Source: Octopus bimaculoides (lineage: Eukaryota). From it: a DNA stretch of 64,000 nucleotides. The stretch covers positions 4,193,804 through 4,257,803 of the forward strand of contig NC_068995.1 of NCBI RefSeq assembly GCF_001194135.2, given 5' to 3'. Shown one piece after another: positions 63,346-64,000 of the stretch. A model generated the notes under the pieces. It had not been told where the DNA came from. It did no database searches and saw only the letters and a program-made list of their open reading frames with translations. The translations under genes and the position numbers were made by a program. Numbering within the stretch: position 1 is the stretch's first letter; every line of letters starts with the position of its first letter.

Positions 63346-64000
63346 TTAAATAGATATATTGACCCGTCCTACAATTTGACTATTGTGCTTTATATATACA
63401 TAATCATACAAACTCGGACAACATAACTGGACAACATAAGTGTAAACCTGGTAATACTGATAATAAATATATCTTACATAACTCGGCTGTTCAGCACGTG
63501 TATATCACACACATGAAGCTTTTCCACTGCAGTCAATGCTCCGGATATTGGCATTTGCAGCACATATAAAAAAACGATGAAAATTTTCGAAACTATACTC
63601 TATAATGATATGAATGGTATTTATACATTTGTCAGAGTCAAATTAAGATCACAATGTAATGTTTATCGATACTACATTTAGGAGAGAAATAGGACATTAT
63701 TGAAAAAGTATAAGAAATAAAGTAATACCTCCACCGAAAAAACAAAAGTGTTCTAATTTATGTTGTAATACACAACATGAATTATATTGGTAGTGCAGTC
63801 TACAACCATAAAACAAATGAGTTTTAATTAGGTGAAGCATTACAGATTATTGGTGTAGTAGCTATAAAATGAATTCAACACCTATAGTTTAGTAATTTGT
63901 CATGAGATGGATTGCTAATCAATATCGATCTTAAAACATACCTTGCATTTCAACACATTTACATACACGGTTCAGCCTTTCGACTGTCTACAGGAGCAGT

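Overview
This is eukaryotic, AT-rich, repeat-dominated DNA. I found no recognisable intact protein-coding gene, rRNA, true tRNA gene or CRISPR array. About 11.5 kb (~18%) is N, in 21 scaffold gaps, and 16 of these abut (TA)n arrays. The rest is a mosaic of microsatellites, three recurrent tRNA-headed SINE families (labelled A, B, C here), decayed non-LTR retrotransposon fragments (RTE-like, R4/Dong-like, CR1/Jockey-group), mariner transposase remnants and several small inverted-repeat DNA elements (MITEs). The SSR density and SINE types point to an octopod (coleoid cephalopod) draft assembly; this is an inference from recall of octopus repeats, not from a database search. Almost all ORFs in the supplied track are microsatellite or N-gap artefacts. 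The best second-look items are: (1) a ~300-bp TTAA-flanked palindrome with a tRNA-like B-box in each arm; (2) a 62-bp-arm hairpin flanked by 12-bp direct repeats and two degenerate hammerhead-ribozyme-like motifs, suggestive of Penelope-like elements; (3) two head-to-tail SINE trimers; (4) inverted SINE pairs that could form dsRNA. I see no firm evidence for a new biological system. All family assignments come from manual translation and alignment by eye.
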